A stretch of DNA of 64,000 nt from Xanthobacteraceae bacterium (GCA_036555745.1 DATBKV010000138.1:14853-78852); one strand, 5' to 3'; numbered from the stretch's first letter, positions 31,375-40,893 are shown. The notes: generated by a model not told the origin, from the letters alone. Program-made: numbers and translations.

Positions 31375-31509
31375 TCAGGCGCTGAGCCGCTTGCGGCCGC
31401 GCGCGCGGCGTGCGGCGACCACCTTGCGTCCGCCTTTGCTCGCCATGCGGGCGCGAAATCCGTGACGGCGCTTGCGCACCAGCTTGCTCGGTTGATAGGT
31501 CCGCTTCAC
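31375..31509 (-). CDS. rpmH: 50S ribosomal protein L34
   Basis: GTG start, then (M)[43 protein letters not shown]. 44 aa. Confidence 0.9.
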   Translation of the reverse strand: MKRTYQPSKLVRKRRHGFRARMASKGGRKVVAARRARGRKRLSA

Positions 31510-31773
31510 CGGCTGTTCTCCGCTGCCTGCGCCACCGTCGGGGGTGGCCCGCTCGCGCGGCGCGGGGAAAAACCCGCCGCTTTCGCCCACGAACGCCCGT
31601 CCGGGTGTCGAGCGCATCGGGGCTCCCGCCGCCAAAATCCCGCGGCTTATACGGGAGGCCGCCCTTCCTCGTCAATGCAAGGCCCGGTCGCAGCGTCGGC
31701 CAGCGCACGGCGCGTCAAAAGACGGTGAGGCGGGGCGGCTTCGCCGAGCCTGGTGGGTTAAGATCGCTGCGTC

Positions 31774-32583
31774 ATGATCGCCGACAACGATCCGTCACCC
31801 ACGAGCGCTGCCGGCTGTCCATTCTCGCTGCGGCGCCTCGTCCCGCTGATCGTGATCGCGCTGGTGGCGATCGGCGTCGTCGTTCTCGGCTGGAACCGGC
31901 AGGTCTCGTTCGAAGCGGTCGCGCGCCACCACGATGCCCTGCGCGCGTTCATCGCAAGCCATGCGTTCGCGGCGGTCGCGGCTTATGTGGCGCTCTATGT
32001 CGCGGCGGTCGCGCTGTCCGTCCCGGTGGGCTTCTATCTCACGGTGATCGGCGGGATTCTGTTCGGCGCCATTGTCGGTGGTGCAGCCGCGATCGTGGGC
32101 GCGACGGTCGGAGCGATTTGCATCTTTCTGATCGCCAGGAGCGCGTTCGGCGAGCACCTCGCGCGCCGTGCCGGGCATCTCGCCGACAAGCTCGCCCAGG
32201 GCTTTTGCGCCGACGCCTTCAACTATCTCCTGTTCCTGCGGCTGGTGCCGATCTTTCCGTTCTGGCTGATCAACCTGGTTGCCGCGCTGCTGGGCGTTCC
32301 GCTGGCGACCTTCGCCGCGGCGACCGCGCTGGGTATCATTCCCGCCACTTTCGTGTTCGCGTTCGTCGGCGCCGGGCTCGATAGCGTGATCGTTGCGCAG
32401 GAGGCCGCCTATCGCTCGTGCCTGACCGCGGGGCGCACGGATTGCCGGCTGGAGTTTCACATGAGCGCTGCCGCCACCCCCGAGCTTCTCGCCGCGCTCG
32501 CCGCGCTCGGAGTGCTCGCGCTCGTTCCGGTGGCGGTGAGACGCCTGCGGGCGCGTTCGCGTTTCTCCGATCGCCTGGGCTGA
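31774..32583 (+). CDS. TVP38/TMEM64 (DedA-related, SNARE-associated) family membrane protein
   Basis: Multi-TM, with ..GFYLTVIGGILFG...FLRLVPIFPFWLINLVAALLGVPL.. typical of the family. Confidence 0.8.
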   Translation: MIADNDPSPTSAAGCPFSLRRLVPLIVIALVAIGVVVLGWNRQVSFEAVARHHDALRAFIASHAFAAVAAYVALYVAAVALSVPVGFYLTVIGGILFGAIVGGAAAIVGATVGAICIFLIARSAFGEHLARRAGHLADKLAQGFCADAFNYLLFLRLVPIFPFWLINLVAALLGVPLATFAAATALGIIPATFVFAFVGAGLDSVIVAQEAAYRSCLTAGRTDCRLEFHMSAAATPELLAALAALGVLALVPVAVRRLRARSRFSDRLG

Positions 32584-32626
32584 CGACGTCGGGACGAAGG
32601 CTGGGGAACAGGGGGCTCAAAGACCA

Positions 32627-34057
32627 ATGGCGGAATGTTTGACACCCGATCTCTGCGTCATCGGCGCGGGCTCGGGCGGCCTTTCGGTCGCCGCCGCAGC
32701 CGCTGCGTTCGGCGTGCCGGTGGTGCTCATCGAGCAGGGCAGGATGGGCGGCGAGTGCCTCAATACCGGTTGCGTGCCTTCGAAAGCGCTGATCGCCGCC
32801 GCCAATCGCGCCCGCGCCATTGGCGAAGCGCATGCCTTCGGCCTCTCGGCGACGGCGCCCGCAGTCGACTTCGCCCGCGTGCACGCGCACGTGCACGATG
32901 TCATCGCCGCCATCGAGCCCAACGACTCGAAGGCGCGGTTCACCGGCCTGGGCGTGCGGGTGATCGCGGGCCACGCGCGCTTCAAGGATCGCAACACGGT
33001 GGCGGTCGGCGATGCGACCGAGATCACGGCGCGCCGCTTCGTCGTCGCGACCGGCTCCTCGCCCGCGCTCCCGCCCATTCCCGGGCTCGAGGCCGTGCCT
33101 TACCTGACCAACGAGACGGTGTTCGACCTCACCGCAAGGCCAACCCATCTCGTCATCATCGGCGCCGGTCCGATCGGGCTCGAGCTGGCGCAGGCCTTCC
33201 ATCGGCTCGGCAGCGCGGTCACCGTGCTGGAAGCGGCGCAGCCGCTCGCGCGCGAGGACGCGGAATGCGCCGCGATCGTGCTCGATGCGCTGGTGCGCGA
33301 GGGCGTCCAAATCCGCAGCAAGGTCGCGATCGCGAAGGTGGAGGCCGCGGCCGATGCGATGCTGCGGGTCGTCATTCGCGACGGCGACGGCGAGCAGATG
33401 CTGGAAGCAAGCCACCTGCTGGTCGCGACCGGGCGGCGGCCCAACACCGACGGTCTGGCGCTCGAGGCGGCCGGCATTGCCCAGGACCGCGCCGGCATCG
33501 TCGTCGACCGTGGGCTCAAGACCACCAACCGGCGCGTCTATGCCATCGGCGACGTCGCCGGGCGCGGGCAGTTCACCCACCTCGCCAACTACCATGCCGG
33601 CCTCGTGGTCCGGAACGCGCTCTTTCGCCTGCCGGTGCGGGTGGATGCCGCGCCCGTCCCGCGCGTGACCTTCACCGCCCCGGAGCTCGCCCAGGTCGGC
33701 CTCACCGAAGACGAGGCGAGGGCGCGCGGCTCCGTCATCCGCGTGCTGCGCTGGCCCTACCGCGAGAACGACCGCGCGCAGACGGAGCGCGAGACCCTGG
33801 GACACATCAAGGTCATCACCGATAAACGGGGTCGGGTCCTGGGGGCCACCATCGTAGGCGCCAGCGCCGGCGAGCTGATCACCGCGTGGACCCTGGCCAT
33901 CAGTCGCCGGCTCAACATCCGAGCGGTCGCAGGTATTATAGTACCTTATCCCACCCTGGCCGAGATTGGAAAACGCGCCGCCATCACCTATTTCACACCC
34001 GCTGTGACCAGCAACTGGGTGCGCCGCATCATTGCGTTGCTGCGCCGCTTCGGGTGA
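32627..34057 (+). CDS. FAD-dependent pyridine nucleotide-disulfide oxidoreductase (dihydrolipoamide dehydrogenase / mercuric reductase-like)
   Basis: DLCVIGAGSGG (FAD), redox-active GGECLNTGCVPSK, IIGAGPIGLE (NAD), and a C-terminal dimerisation domain. Confidence 0.85.
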   Translation: MAECLTPDLCVIGAGSGGLSVAAAAAAFGVPVVLIEQGRMGGECLNTGCVPSKALIAAANRARAIGEAHAFGLSATAPAVDFARVHAHVHDVIAAIEPNDSKARFTGLGVRVIAGHARFKDRNTVAVGDATEITARRFVVATGSSPALPPIPGLEAVPYLTNETVFDLTARPTHLVIIGAGPIGLELAQAFHRLGSAVTVLEAAQPLAREDAECAAIVLDALVREGVQIRSKVAIAKVEAAADAMLRVVIRDGDGEQMLEASHLLVATGRRPNTDGLALEAAGIAQDRAGIVVDRGLKTTNRRVYAIGDVAGRGQFTHLANYHAGLVVRNALFRLPVRVDAAPVPRVTFTAPELAQVGLTEDEARARGSVIRVLRWPYRENDRAQTERETLGHIKVITDKRGRVLGATIVGASAGELITAWTLAISRRLNIRAVAGIIVPYPTLAEIGKRAAITYFTPAVTSNWVRRIIALLRRFG

Positions 34058-34083
34058 GTCCCGAGGCGCGAGGGTCCATAGAC

Positions 34084-35553
34084 ATGTCCGATCAACCCGC
34101 CGCTGCGGCGACAACGCGCCGCCCGCGCCTGCGCTTGGGGCTCTCGGGCAAGCTGCTCATGCTCACGCTGTTGTTCGTGATGCTCGCGGAGGTACTGATC
34201 TATGTCCCCTCGGTCGCCAATTTCCGCCTGAACTGGCTGCACGACCGGCTCTCGGCCGCCTACACCGCGGCGCTGGTCTTCGAGACCGCCCCCAGCGGCA
34301 TGGTCCCGGACACGGTCGCGCGCCAGATCCTGGACAGCATCGGCGCGCGCGCGGTGGCGGTGAAGATGGGCCAGCAGCGCCGCCTACTAGTGGCCTCGGA
34401 CATGCCGCTGGCGATCAACCAGGACATCGACATGCGCGACATGTCCTGGCATCGCGCCATCATCGAGGCTTTCGACACATTGCGCGGCGGCGACAACGAC
34501 GTCATGCGGGTGGTCGGGCCGGCGCCCATGGGCGGCGAGTTCATCGAGATCGTGCTGGACGAGGCGCCGCTGCGCAAAGCGATGGTCGATTTCTCCATCC
34601 GCATCCTGATCCTGTCGTTGATCATTTCCGCGATCACCGCCGCGCTGGTCTATCTGGCGCTGCACGTGCTGCTGGTTCGGCCGATGCGGCGAATGACCGC
34701 CAACATGGTGGCGTTTCGCGCCGACCCGGAGAATCCAATGCGCATCATCACGGCGTCCGACCGCACCGACGAGATCGGCACCGCCGAGCGCGAGCTCGCG
34801 GCCATGCAGCTCGACCTCGCCACGCTGCTGCAGCAGAAGAACCATCTCGCGGCGCTCGGGCTCGCGGTATCGAAGATCAACCACGACCTGCGCAATCTGT
34901 TGTCATCGGCCCAGCTGTTCTCCGAGCGGCTGGCGAAGATTTCCGATCCGCACGTGCAGCGCTTCGCGCCCAAGCTCATGCGCGCGCTCGAGCGCGCGAT
35001 CGACTTCTGCCAGTCGACCTTGTCCTACGGGCGCGTGCAGGAGCCGCCGCCGGACCGGCGTCCGATCGCGCTCGAGCCGCTGGTGGAGGACGTGCGCGAG
35101 ACGCTGGCGCTCGATCCCGGCGCGCCGGTGCGCTGGATCAGCGCGGTCGAGCGCAACCTCGTGGTCGATGCCGACCCCGACCAGCTGTTCCGCATCCTGC
35201 TCAACCTCGCGCGCAATGCGCTGCAGGCGCTGGAGAGCCGCGACGCGCGCGATCCCGGTCGCGACCAGATCCGCATCACCGGCCGGCGCGAGGGCGCGGT
35301 GGTGGTGATCGAGGTGGCCGACACCGGACCCGGACTGTCCGAGCGCGCGCGCGCGCATCTGTTCGAAGCGTTCCAGGGCTCGACCCGCACCGGCAGCGTC
35401 GGGCTCGGGCTTGCCATCGTGGCCGAGTTGGTGCGCGCCCACGGCGGCGAGATCCGGCTGGTCGAAGGCACCATTGGTGCGACTTTCCGCGTGTCGATCC
35501 CGGACCCGGCGGTCGACCTCGACAGCCGGCGCGGCGAGCGCGCGCGGGCGTGA
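34084..35553 (+). CDS. Orphan membrane sensor histidine kinase
   Basis: MSDQPAAAAT... with two TM segments. H-box AVSKINHDLRNLLSS; N/G boxes LLNLARNA, DTGPGL, GLGLAI. No response regulator is adjacent. Confidence 0.8.
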   Translation: MSDQPAAAATTRRPRLRLGLSGKLLMLTLLFVMLAEVLIYVPSVANFRLNWLHDRLSAAYTAALVFETAPSGMVPDTVARQILDSIGARAVAVKMGQQRRLLVASDMPLAINQDIDMRDMSWHRAIIEAFDTLRGGDNDVMRVVGPAPMGGEFIEIVLDEAPLRKAMVDFSIRILILSLIISAITAALVYLALHVLLVRPMRRMTANMVAFRADPENPMRIITASDRTDEIGTAERELAAMQLDLATLLQQKNHLAALGLAVSKINHDLRNLLSSAQLFSERLAKISDPHVQRFAPKLMRALERAIDFCQSTLSYGRVQEPPPDRRPIALEPLVEDVRETLALDPGAPVRWISAVERNLVVDADPDQLFRILLNLARNALQALESRDARDPGRDQIRITGRREGAVVVIEVADTGPGLSERARAHLFEAFQGSTRTGSVGLGLAIVAELVRAHGGEIRLVEGTIGATFRVSIPDPAVDLDSRRGERARA

Positions 35554-35779
35554 GCCGCGCGCTTCGGCTGATCCGCAAGGACGATTTGGTTCGCGTCGCC
35601 CCCCGCTCGGGGCACCCGCGCCGCTCACGTCGCGGGCACCGCATTGCGGGGACGCATATTCCAGCGCCGCCGCGCCGTGCCCGGCAAACTTGCCAATATC
35701 GGGCGGAGCCTATAGCTAGAGGCGCGTTCCCGCCGGCTGCGGCTGGCTCGGGAGCGTTTCCCGCGCGACGCGCAAGATA

Positions 35780-35856
35780 GCGCCCGTAGCTCAGCTGGAT
35801 AGAGCACCAGACTACGAATCTGGGGGTCAGGAGTTCGAATCTCTTCGGGCGCGCCA
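35780..35856 (+). tRNA. tRNA-Arg (anticodon ACG), CCA encoded
   Basis: Hand-folded cloverleaf. Acceptor GCGCCCG/CGGGCGC, D-arm GCTC-AGCTGGATA-GAGC, anticodon arm CCAGA-CTACGAA-TCTGG, T-arm AGGAG-TTCGAAT-CTCTT, discriminator G plus CCA. Confidence 0.9.
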
Positions 35857-35967
35857 CTTCGGTACAGAACTGGGCACTCCAAACCTGCCGTTTTTTGCGC
35901 TTGATGCGGCGACGGGCGTGCGCGCAATACCCGATTCAGAGCACTCTTCGTTTGGTCCTGGAAGGTA

Positions 35968-36927
35968 CTAAAGCCCCAACTCTCTGACATGCTTGCGCAA
36001 CATATCCAGAAATAGGCCGACGGCAGACGTCAACGTCCGACCTTTCAGCGTAACGATAGCCACTGGAAAGCTGGGACCAGGCAATCTGACCGGCAGTTGC
36101 TTCAACCTCCGGCACTCAGCATTGAGCTTCAGCATCGATTTCGGCATCGCCGTCAGGAAGTCGCCGGTCGCAAGCAGGTGCGCTCGCAGCTGCACCGAGT
36201 AGGTCGTCACGCGCATGGCGGGCGGCGACAAGTTGGCGCTCTGGTGAACACGGTCCAGCAGGGTTCTGGTCAGGGTGCCCCGCGCGGTTCCGACCCAGGA
36301 TGCATCGCGAAGATCCGCCAGGGTGATCTTTCGACGGCGTGCCCATCGACTGTTCGCTCCCGCGGCGACGATCGCTTCGTCCTCAAACAGGATTTCGACA
36401 TCGAGGCCATCACCGAAGGGATCGTCAGCCTGCGGCTTTGACAGCCGCGACAGCACGACATCCAGTTGCCGTGCATGCAACTCCGGTAGTTCCAACGTGG
36501 GCCACTGAACGGGCTCGATGGTGATAACGACGCCAGGATAGCGGCGGCAGAATTTCTGAACACACGGAGCCAGGAGCCCGCCCGCAAGCGAGTCGGCACA
36601 GCCAATCCGCACCTCGCCCTTGGTCGGATCGACAAGGAATTCGATGTCGCGGATGCCCTGCCGGAGTTCGTCGAACGCGGCGACGCCACGCTTGAGCAGC
36701 GCGCGGCCGTAGATGGTCGGCTCGACCCCATGCGGGCTGCGGTCGAACAGACGAACGCCGAATGCGTGCTCCAGGCCGGCAACCACTTCTGAGACGGCAG
36801 GCTGGGTAACGCCAAGCTCGAGAGCGGCCTTGGCCATGCTGCCGGATTGCACGACCGAGAAGAAGACCTGCAGGTCGCGAAAGCGCAGACGGCGGCTAAT
36901 ACGATTTTCCGAGACGGTCCTGGACAT
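35968..36927 (-). CDS. LysR-family transcriptional regulator
   Basis: N-terminal HTH LRFRDLQVFFSVVQSGSMAKAALELGVTQPAVSEVVAGLE plus a LysR substrate-binding domain. Divergent from the Bug/TctC gene. Confidence 0.85.
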   Translation of the reverse strand: MSRTVSENRISRRLRFRDLQVFFSVVQSGSMAKAALELGVTQPAVSEVVAGLEHAFGVRLFDRSPHGVEPTIYGRALLKRGVAAFDELRQGIRDIEFLVDPTKGEVRIGCADSLAGGLLAPCVQKFCRRYPGVVITIEPVQWPTLELPELHARQLDVVLSRLSKPQADDPFGDGLDVEILFEDEAIVAAGANSRWARRRKITLADLRDASWVGTARGTLTRTLLDRVHQSANLSPPAMRVTTYSVQLRAHLLATGDFLTAMPKSMLKLNAECRRLKQLPVRLPGPSFPVAIVTLKGRTLTSAVGLFLDMLRKHVRELGL

Positions 36928-37139
36928 AGGAAGTTTTTATAGGCTCACAACCAATTAGGCAATTCCGCTTTGACCGGCAGCAGCCTAGATTGGCAAAACA
37001 GATCGGGCCGCGCCGCAGTTGGTCGGCAGAGTGCCGCCCTTCACTGTCACTTCGAATGCCGATGTTGCACTCCGACAGACGGCTACCAGGCGCGCCGTCG
37101 AGGCTGCGATCACCACAGCTCGCACTGGAGGAGGAAACA

Positions 37140-38120
37140 ATGCAGAAGCACGCTTTGGCTCGTAGAGGTTTCCTTCGTCTCGCCGGGGCCGCGGCCGCGC
37201 TGCCGATCCTTCCGGGCATCGCCCGGGCGCAAGCCTATCCCAGCCGGCCGGTCCGCATCGTCGTCGGCACTGCACCGGGCGGCGCAGCCGATATCTTGGC
37301 GCGGCTGATCGGCGATTGGCTGTCCAAGCAATTTGGCCAGCCTGTCATCGTCGAGAATCGTACAGGCGCGGGCGGTGTCGTCGCAGCCGAGATGGTCCTG
37401 CGCTCGCCCGCGGACGGCTACACGCTTTTCTTGGCGATCTCCTCGGCAGGTATCATCAACGGATCGCTCGGCCAGGGCCTAAATTTCATCCGTGATAGCG
37501 CGCCCGTCGCAATGCTTGAACAAGAACCGATTATCCTGAGCGTCACCCCTTCGCTCCCGCCGAAAACCCTTCCCGAGTTTATTGCCTATGCGAAGGCCTA
37601 TCCGGGCAAGCTCAGCATGGCGTCGCCGGGCAACGGAACGACGCCGCACATCGCCGGCGAACTGTTCAAGATCATTGTGGGAGTCGATATGACACATGTC
37701 CCCTATCGCGGGGGTGCGCCAGCGCTGACCGATCTCGCAGGGGGGCAGGTTCAGGTCGCATTCATGGGACCCGCGGCGTCGATTGGATTGATAAGGTCCG
37801 GAAACATTCGCGCTCTGGCAGTGACATCGGCAACGCGCGCGGCGGTGCTGCCGGACGTGCCGACGGTCGGGGAATTCGTGCCTGGCTACGAAGCAAGCAA
37901 CTGGTTCGGTCTCGTCGCACCAAAAAATACGACTCCCGATGTGATCGACAAGCTCAACAAGCTCGTCAACGCAGGCCTTGCCGATCCGCAAGTGAGAGCC
38001 CGCCTTGTCGACTTGGGCGGCACCGTCGTTGCGAACTCCGCGGCTGACTTCGGGGAGCGGATTGCGGCCGATGCAGACAAGTGGGCCAATGTGATCCGAA
38101 CCGCCAATATCAAGATTTAG
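37140..38120 (+). CDS. Bug/TctC-family tripartite tricarboxylate transporter substrate-binding protein
   Basis: Tat-like signal MQKHALARRGFLRLAGAAAALPILPGIARA, then QAYPSRPVRIVVGTAPGGAADILARL...VENRTGAGG...HVPYRGGAPALTDL. RBS GGAGGAGG. Confidence 0.85.
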   Translation: MQKHALARRGFLRLAGAAAALPILPGIARAQAYPSRPVRIVVGTAPGGAADILARLIGDWLSKQFGQPVIVENRTGAGGVVAAEMVLRSPADGYTLFLAISSAGIINGSLGQGLNFIRDSAPVAMLEQEPIILSVTPSLPPKTLPEFIAYAKAYPGKLSMASPGNGTTPHIAGELFKIIVGVDMTHVPYRGGAPALTDLAGGQVQVAFMGPAASIGLIRSGNIRALAVTSATRAAVLPDVPTVGEFVPGYEASNWFGLVAPKNTTPDVIDKLNKLVNAGLADPQVRARLVDLGGTVVANSAADFGERIAADADKWANVIRTANIKI

Positions 38121-39065
38121 TTGCCGGTCACTGGAGGCGCAATGCGCAAGTCCCTGTCGGGAAATCGAGGGCGGGACAATGAAAGCGGTCTACGTAGTCG
38201 GTCTGTCCATGCAGGCTGGACCCGCGATTGGGGCTACCGTCCCGGAGCCGAGCCGACATCCGACCCGCGCGTCGCCGATCTGGTCCGGGCCGGTAAAGTT
38301 CGCTTCGGGACCTTTCCGCCTCAATACACTAAGGATTCCGCAAGCGGCGAACTAAAAGGTCCGCTTATTGAAATGATGCGCGCGCTTGCGGCCCATATGG
38401 GGCTGTCCGCCGAGCTGATCGAGGTGCCTACCCCGAGCAGGCTTGTCGAGTGCCTCCAGAGCGGAACTTGCGATATCGGATCCCTGGGCTTCGATCCCGC
38501 CCGCGCCGATCAGGTCGGCGGGTTCACGCCGCCCTTTATGCAGGTCGAATTCACGTACTTAGTGCCGGATGGCACTTCCGCGTCCAACGTCGTCGACATC
38601 GACCAGCCCGGCAATCGGGTCGCCGTTGTCCGCAATCACGCCTCGGCCCTGGCGCTCGGCCGGATCACTCGGCACGCCGAGCATGTCATCAGCGAGACCC
38701 CGGACGCCGCTTTCGACCTGCTACGAAGCCGACACGTTCATGCGTGGGCGTCTGCCCGGCCGGCGCTTCTCGACTACAGCGCGAAGCTGTCCGGATCGCG
38801 CGTGCTGCCGGACAATTACGGGGCGAATTTTCCGGCCATGGTCGTTCCGAAAGGGCAAGACGCGCGGCTCGCCTATATCAGCGAATTCATCGAGCAAGCG
38901 AAGGCGTCGGGCGTCGTTCAGCGCGCCATCGATCGGATCGGCGAGCGGGGTATCGCGTGGCTGTCCCTGGACAACGCTGAGCGCTCACCGGGTGGAGCGC
39001 GATCAGTGAGCGCAGGAACAAGCGTAAACGCCCCTGCTTCAACGCGCCCAGGCGGGCGTGTTTGA
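38121..39065 (+). CDS. Family-3 solute-binding protein domain (amino-acid ABC type), N-terminus anomalous (possible frameshift/pseudogene)
   Basis: An SBP_bac_3-like body is present (..DIGSLGFDPARADQV..FMQVEFTYLV..). The in-frame N-terminus (TTG/MRKSLSGNRGRDNES...) has no signal peptide. A signal-like MKAVYVVGLSMQAGPAIGA starts at 38179 in a different frame. Confidence 0.55.
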   Translation: MPVTGGAMRKSLSGNRGRDNESGLRSRSVHAGWTRDWGYRPGAEPTSDPRVADLVRAGKVRFGTFPPQYTKDSASGELKGPLIEMMRALAAHMGLSAELIEVPTPSRLVECLQSGTCDIGSLGFDPARADQVGGFTPPFMQVEFTYLVPDGTSASNVVDIDQPGNRVAVVRNHASALALGRITRHAEHVISETPDAAFDLLRSRHVHAWASARPALLDYSAKLSGSRVLPDNYGANFPAMVVPKGQDARLAYISEFIEQAKASGVVQRAIDRIGERGIAWLSLDNAERSPGGARSVSAGTSVNAPASTRPGGRV

Positions 39066-39295
39066 GCAATTTGCGGTCTTTCGTTTTCTGTTCAAAAAAC
39101 CGGTGCGGCCAATATCGCTTGTTGGCACATAACGCCGATCCGGCGCTTTGCTTCGCTTGCAAACCCATGGAAATTGCGTAGTTGCTAAATGCAAAAGTGC
39201 CGTCGTGAACGCACCCGTCGCCGCGTCGTGGTCGCCGGACGATATCGAGGCGGATCATTCCGCCGGCAGCTTCGATCGCATATGAGGAGTTTTCA

Positions 39296-39703
39296 ATGCC
39301 CACCACTCGTGCGCCGGCAGCCGCGGCTCCGCCCGGGGACATCGGGATCATCCGGGACTACCATGCGCACGTCTACTACGACCCGGCATCGAGCCGCGAT
39401 CGCGCCGCGCGCCTGCGCGAGCGCGTGGCGGAGGCGTTCCCGCAGGCGACGCTCGGCCGCTGGCATGATGAGCTGGTGGGGCCGCATCCGCAATCGATGT
39501 ACCAGATCGCCTTCCCGTGCGAGCTGCTGGCCTCGTTCCTGCCCTGGCTGATGCTCAACCGCGATGGTCTGACCATCCTGCTGCATCCCGGCACCGGCAA
39601 TCCTTACGCCGATCATAGCGACCACGCCGTCTGGCTCGGGGATATCCTGCCGTTGCGGCTGGAGACGCTGCGCGATACCCGCGGGGCCGGCGGCGATGAC
39701 TGA
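39296..39703 (+). CDS. DOPA 4,5-dioxygenase family protein
   Basis: IRDYHAHVYYDPAS...GRWHDELVGPHPQSMYQIAF...LLHPGTGNPYADHSDHAVWLG matches my recollection of the PF08883-type family. Confidence 0.7.
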   Translation: MPTTRAPAAAAPPGDIGIIRDYHAHVYYDPASSRDRAARLRERVAEAFPQATLGRWHDELVGPHPQSMYQIAFPCELLASFLPWLMLNRDGLTILLHPGTGNPYADHSDHAVWLGDILPLRLETLRDTRGAGGDD

Positions 39704-39719
39704 CGCAACGCGGCCAGGT

Positions 39720-39750
39720 GCGCGCCGCGGGTATCGATGCAGCGGCGCGC
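39720..39750. terminator. GC-rich hairpin between convergent genes (candidate bidirectional terminator)
   Basis: GCGCGCCGC-gggtatcgatgca-GCGGCGCGC. The stem is 9 bp. There is no clear U-tract. Confidence 0.3.
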
Positions 39751-39777
39751 CGGCGCAGGCGGCAATGCGGCTCTGCC

Positions 39778-40065
39778 TTACTCGGTCGCCAATCCGACCC
39801 GCGCTTGCGGGTTCTGGTCGAGGAAATGGCGCAGCGCCATGAACAGCTCCGCCGCGTGTTTGATGCGGCCCTCGTCGAGTGCCTTGTGAATATCATCGAC
39901 GATCATGGTCCGGATGGTCTCGCTGCCGTGTGGCTGATGCAACAAGTAGCTGGCCAGCGCGGCAGCTGCTATCTCCGGGATGTGCTCGTGCTCGCTGATC
40001 GCGGCAACTTCCTCCTCGTCGAGACCGCAGAGGCCAACGCAGTCTTCCAGCGATATCATGCTCAT
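39778..40065 (-). CDS. Hypothetical acidic 95-aa protein (family not recognised)
   Basis: MSMISLEDCVGLCGLDEEEVAAISEHEHIPEIAAAALASYLL.... A good RBS AGGAGA lies 5 nt upstream. No TM segment or signal peptide. Confidence 0.55.
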   Translation of the reverse strand: MSMISLEDCVGLCGLDEEEVAAISEHEHIPEIAAAALASYLLHQPHGSETIRTMIVDDIHKALDEGRIKHAAELFMALRHFLDQNPQARVGLATE

Positions 40066-40275
40066 TGTCTCCTGCGGTGGAATTCGCTGTCGTCGTCCTC
40101 GCGAGTCGAGTCCTCTCCGGCAAAGCGCGGCCTTGCTCCGACACGCCGGGTCGGCGCGGTTTGCGTATGCTTCAGAGGATCCGAGGGGTCCTAGTCGTTA
40201 CGCGGTCAACGAGCTTGTCGAGCGCGCAGTTCCGGGGATCGTCAGCCTGCAAATAGGATCACCCCGACTGGACGA

Positions 40276-40297
40276 GATCTTGATCTGGATCAAGATC
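40276..40297. promoter_or_regulatory. 22-bp palindrome GATCTTGATC-TG-GATCAAGATC (four GATC sites), about 140 nt upstream of the DUF3775 gene
   Basis: The 10-bp arms are perfect on direct reading. It lies in a 372-bp divergent intergenic region. Confidence 0.4.
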
Positions 40298-40437
40298 GCA
40301 GGCTGAGCGCATGCCACGGGAACAATACGCGCTGCAATTGACTTTTCTCAAAGACTTCCGGGCGTGCTTGCCGCCAATGCTGCAGCAAACGGCGACCTCT
40401 GGGAGACGAAGGGGGAGCTCAAGAGAGGGTAGAACAG

Positions 40438-40893
40438 ATGCAAGCGAGATCGAGCCGAACGCAAGCACCGGCGGACGAAGAGGGAGCAACACTCAGTATT
40501 TCGCCCGAGAAGGTCTGCTTCATCATCATCAAGGCCCGGGAATTCGACGCCAAAGATGCCGTCACCGAGCCCGATCCGGGGTCCAATCCCTCCGATGACA
40601 AGGATGTTGCCGTGCTGGAGGACCACCGCGACGATCCCGTCGTCGAGGAGTTGACCGCGTTCATCAATGCCTTGTCGGAGGACGAGCAGATCGACCTGGT
40701 GGCACTCGTCTGGCTGGGGCGGGACGACTACACCGCCAGCGACTGGCCCGCAGTGCGCGAAGAGGCGGCCCGGGCCCATAATGAACGCACCGCCGAATAT
40801 CTCCTCGGCACTCCCATGCTCGGCGACTTCCTCGAGGAAGGCCTGGCACTCCTCGGCCGTTCCTGCGGGGAATTCGAGAGCGGGCACCTCTGA
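40438..40893 (+). CDS. DUF3775 domain protein
   Basis: LSISPEKVCFIIIKAREFDAK...DEQIDLVALVWLGRDDY is recalled as the DUF3775 signature. Confidence 0.7.
   Translation: MQARSSRTQAPADEEGATLSISPEKVCFIIIKAREFDAKDAVTEPDPGSNPSDDKDVAVLEDHRDDPVVEELTAFINALSEDEQIDLVALVWLGRDDYTASDWPAVREEAARAHNERTAEYLLGTPMLGDFLEEGLALLGRSCGEFESGHL

Noticed and set aside
31346-31708. Long N-terminal extension of rnpA and ORF 31375..31635
   Set aside because: The region actually encodes L34 (rpmH, GTG start at 31509) in a different frame. The remaining extension is non-coding-like.
32336-34114. 592-aa minus-strand ORF
   Set aside because: It is antisense to the FAD disulfide oxidoreductase, which has clear GxGxxG and CxxxxC motifs. 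It is a shadow ORF.
34032-35780. 582-aa plus-strand ORF overlapping the histidine kinase gene in another frame
   Set aside because: The product is Arg/Gly/Ala/Pro-rich with no kinase motifs. The 34084..35553 frame contains H, N and G boxes and TM helices.
35857-35967. Integrase gene or attL/attR repeat of the tRNA-Arg 3' end
   Set aside because: No tyrosine or serine recombinase ORF occurs anywhere in the window. By eye I found no 15-nt or longer repeat of GGAGTTCGAATCTCTTCGGGCGCGCCA downstream. The island hypothesis therefore rests on GC content and cargo only.
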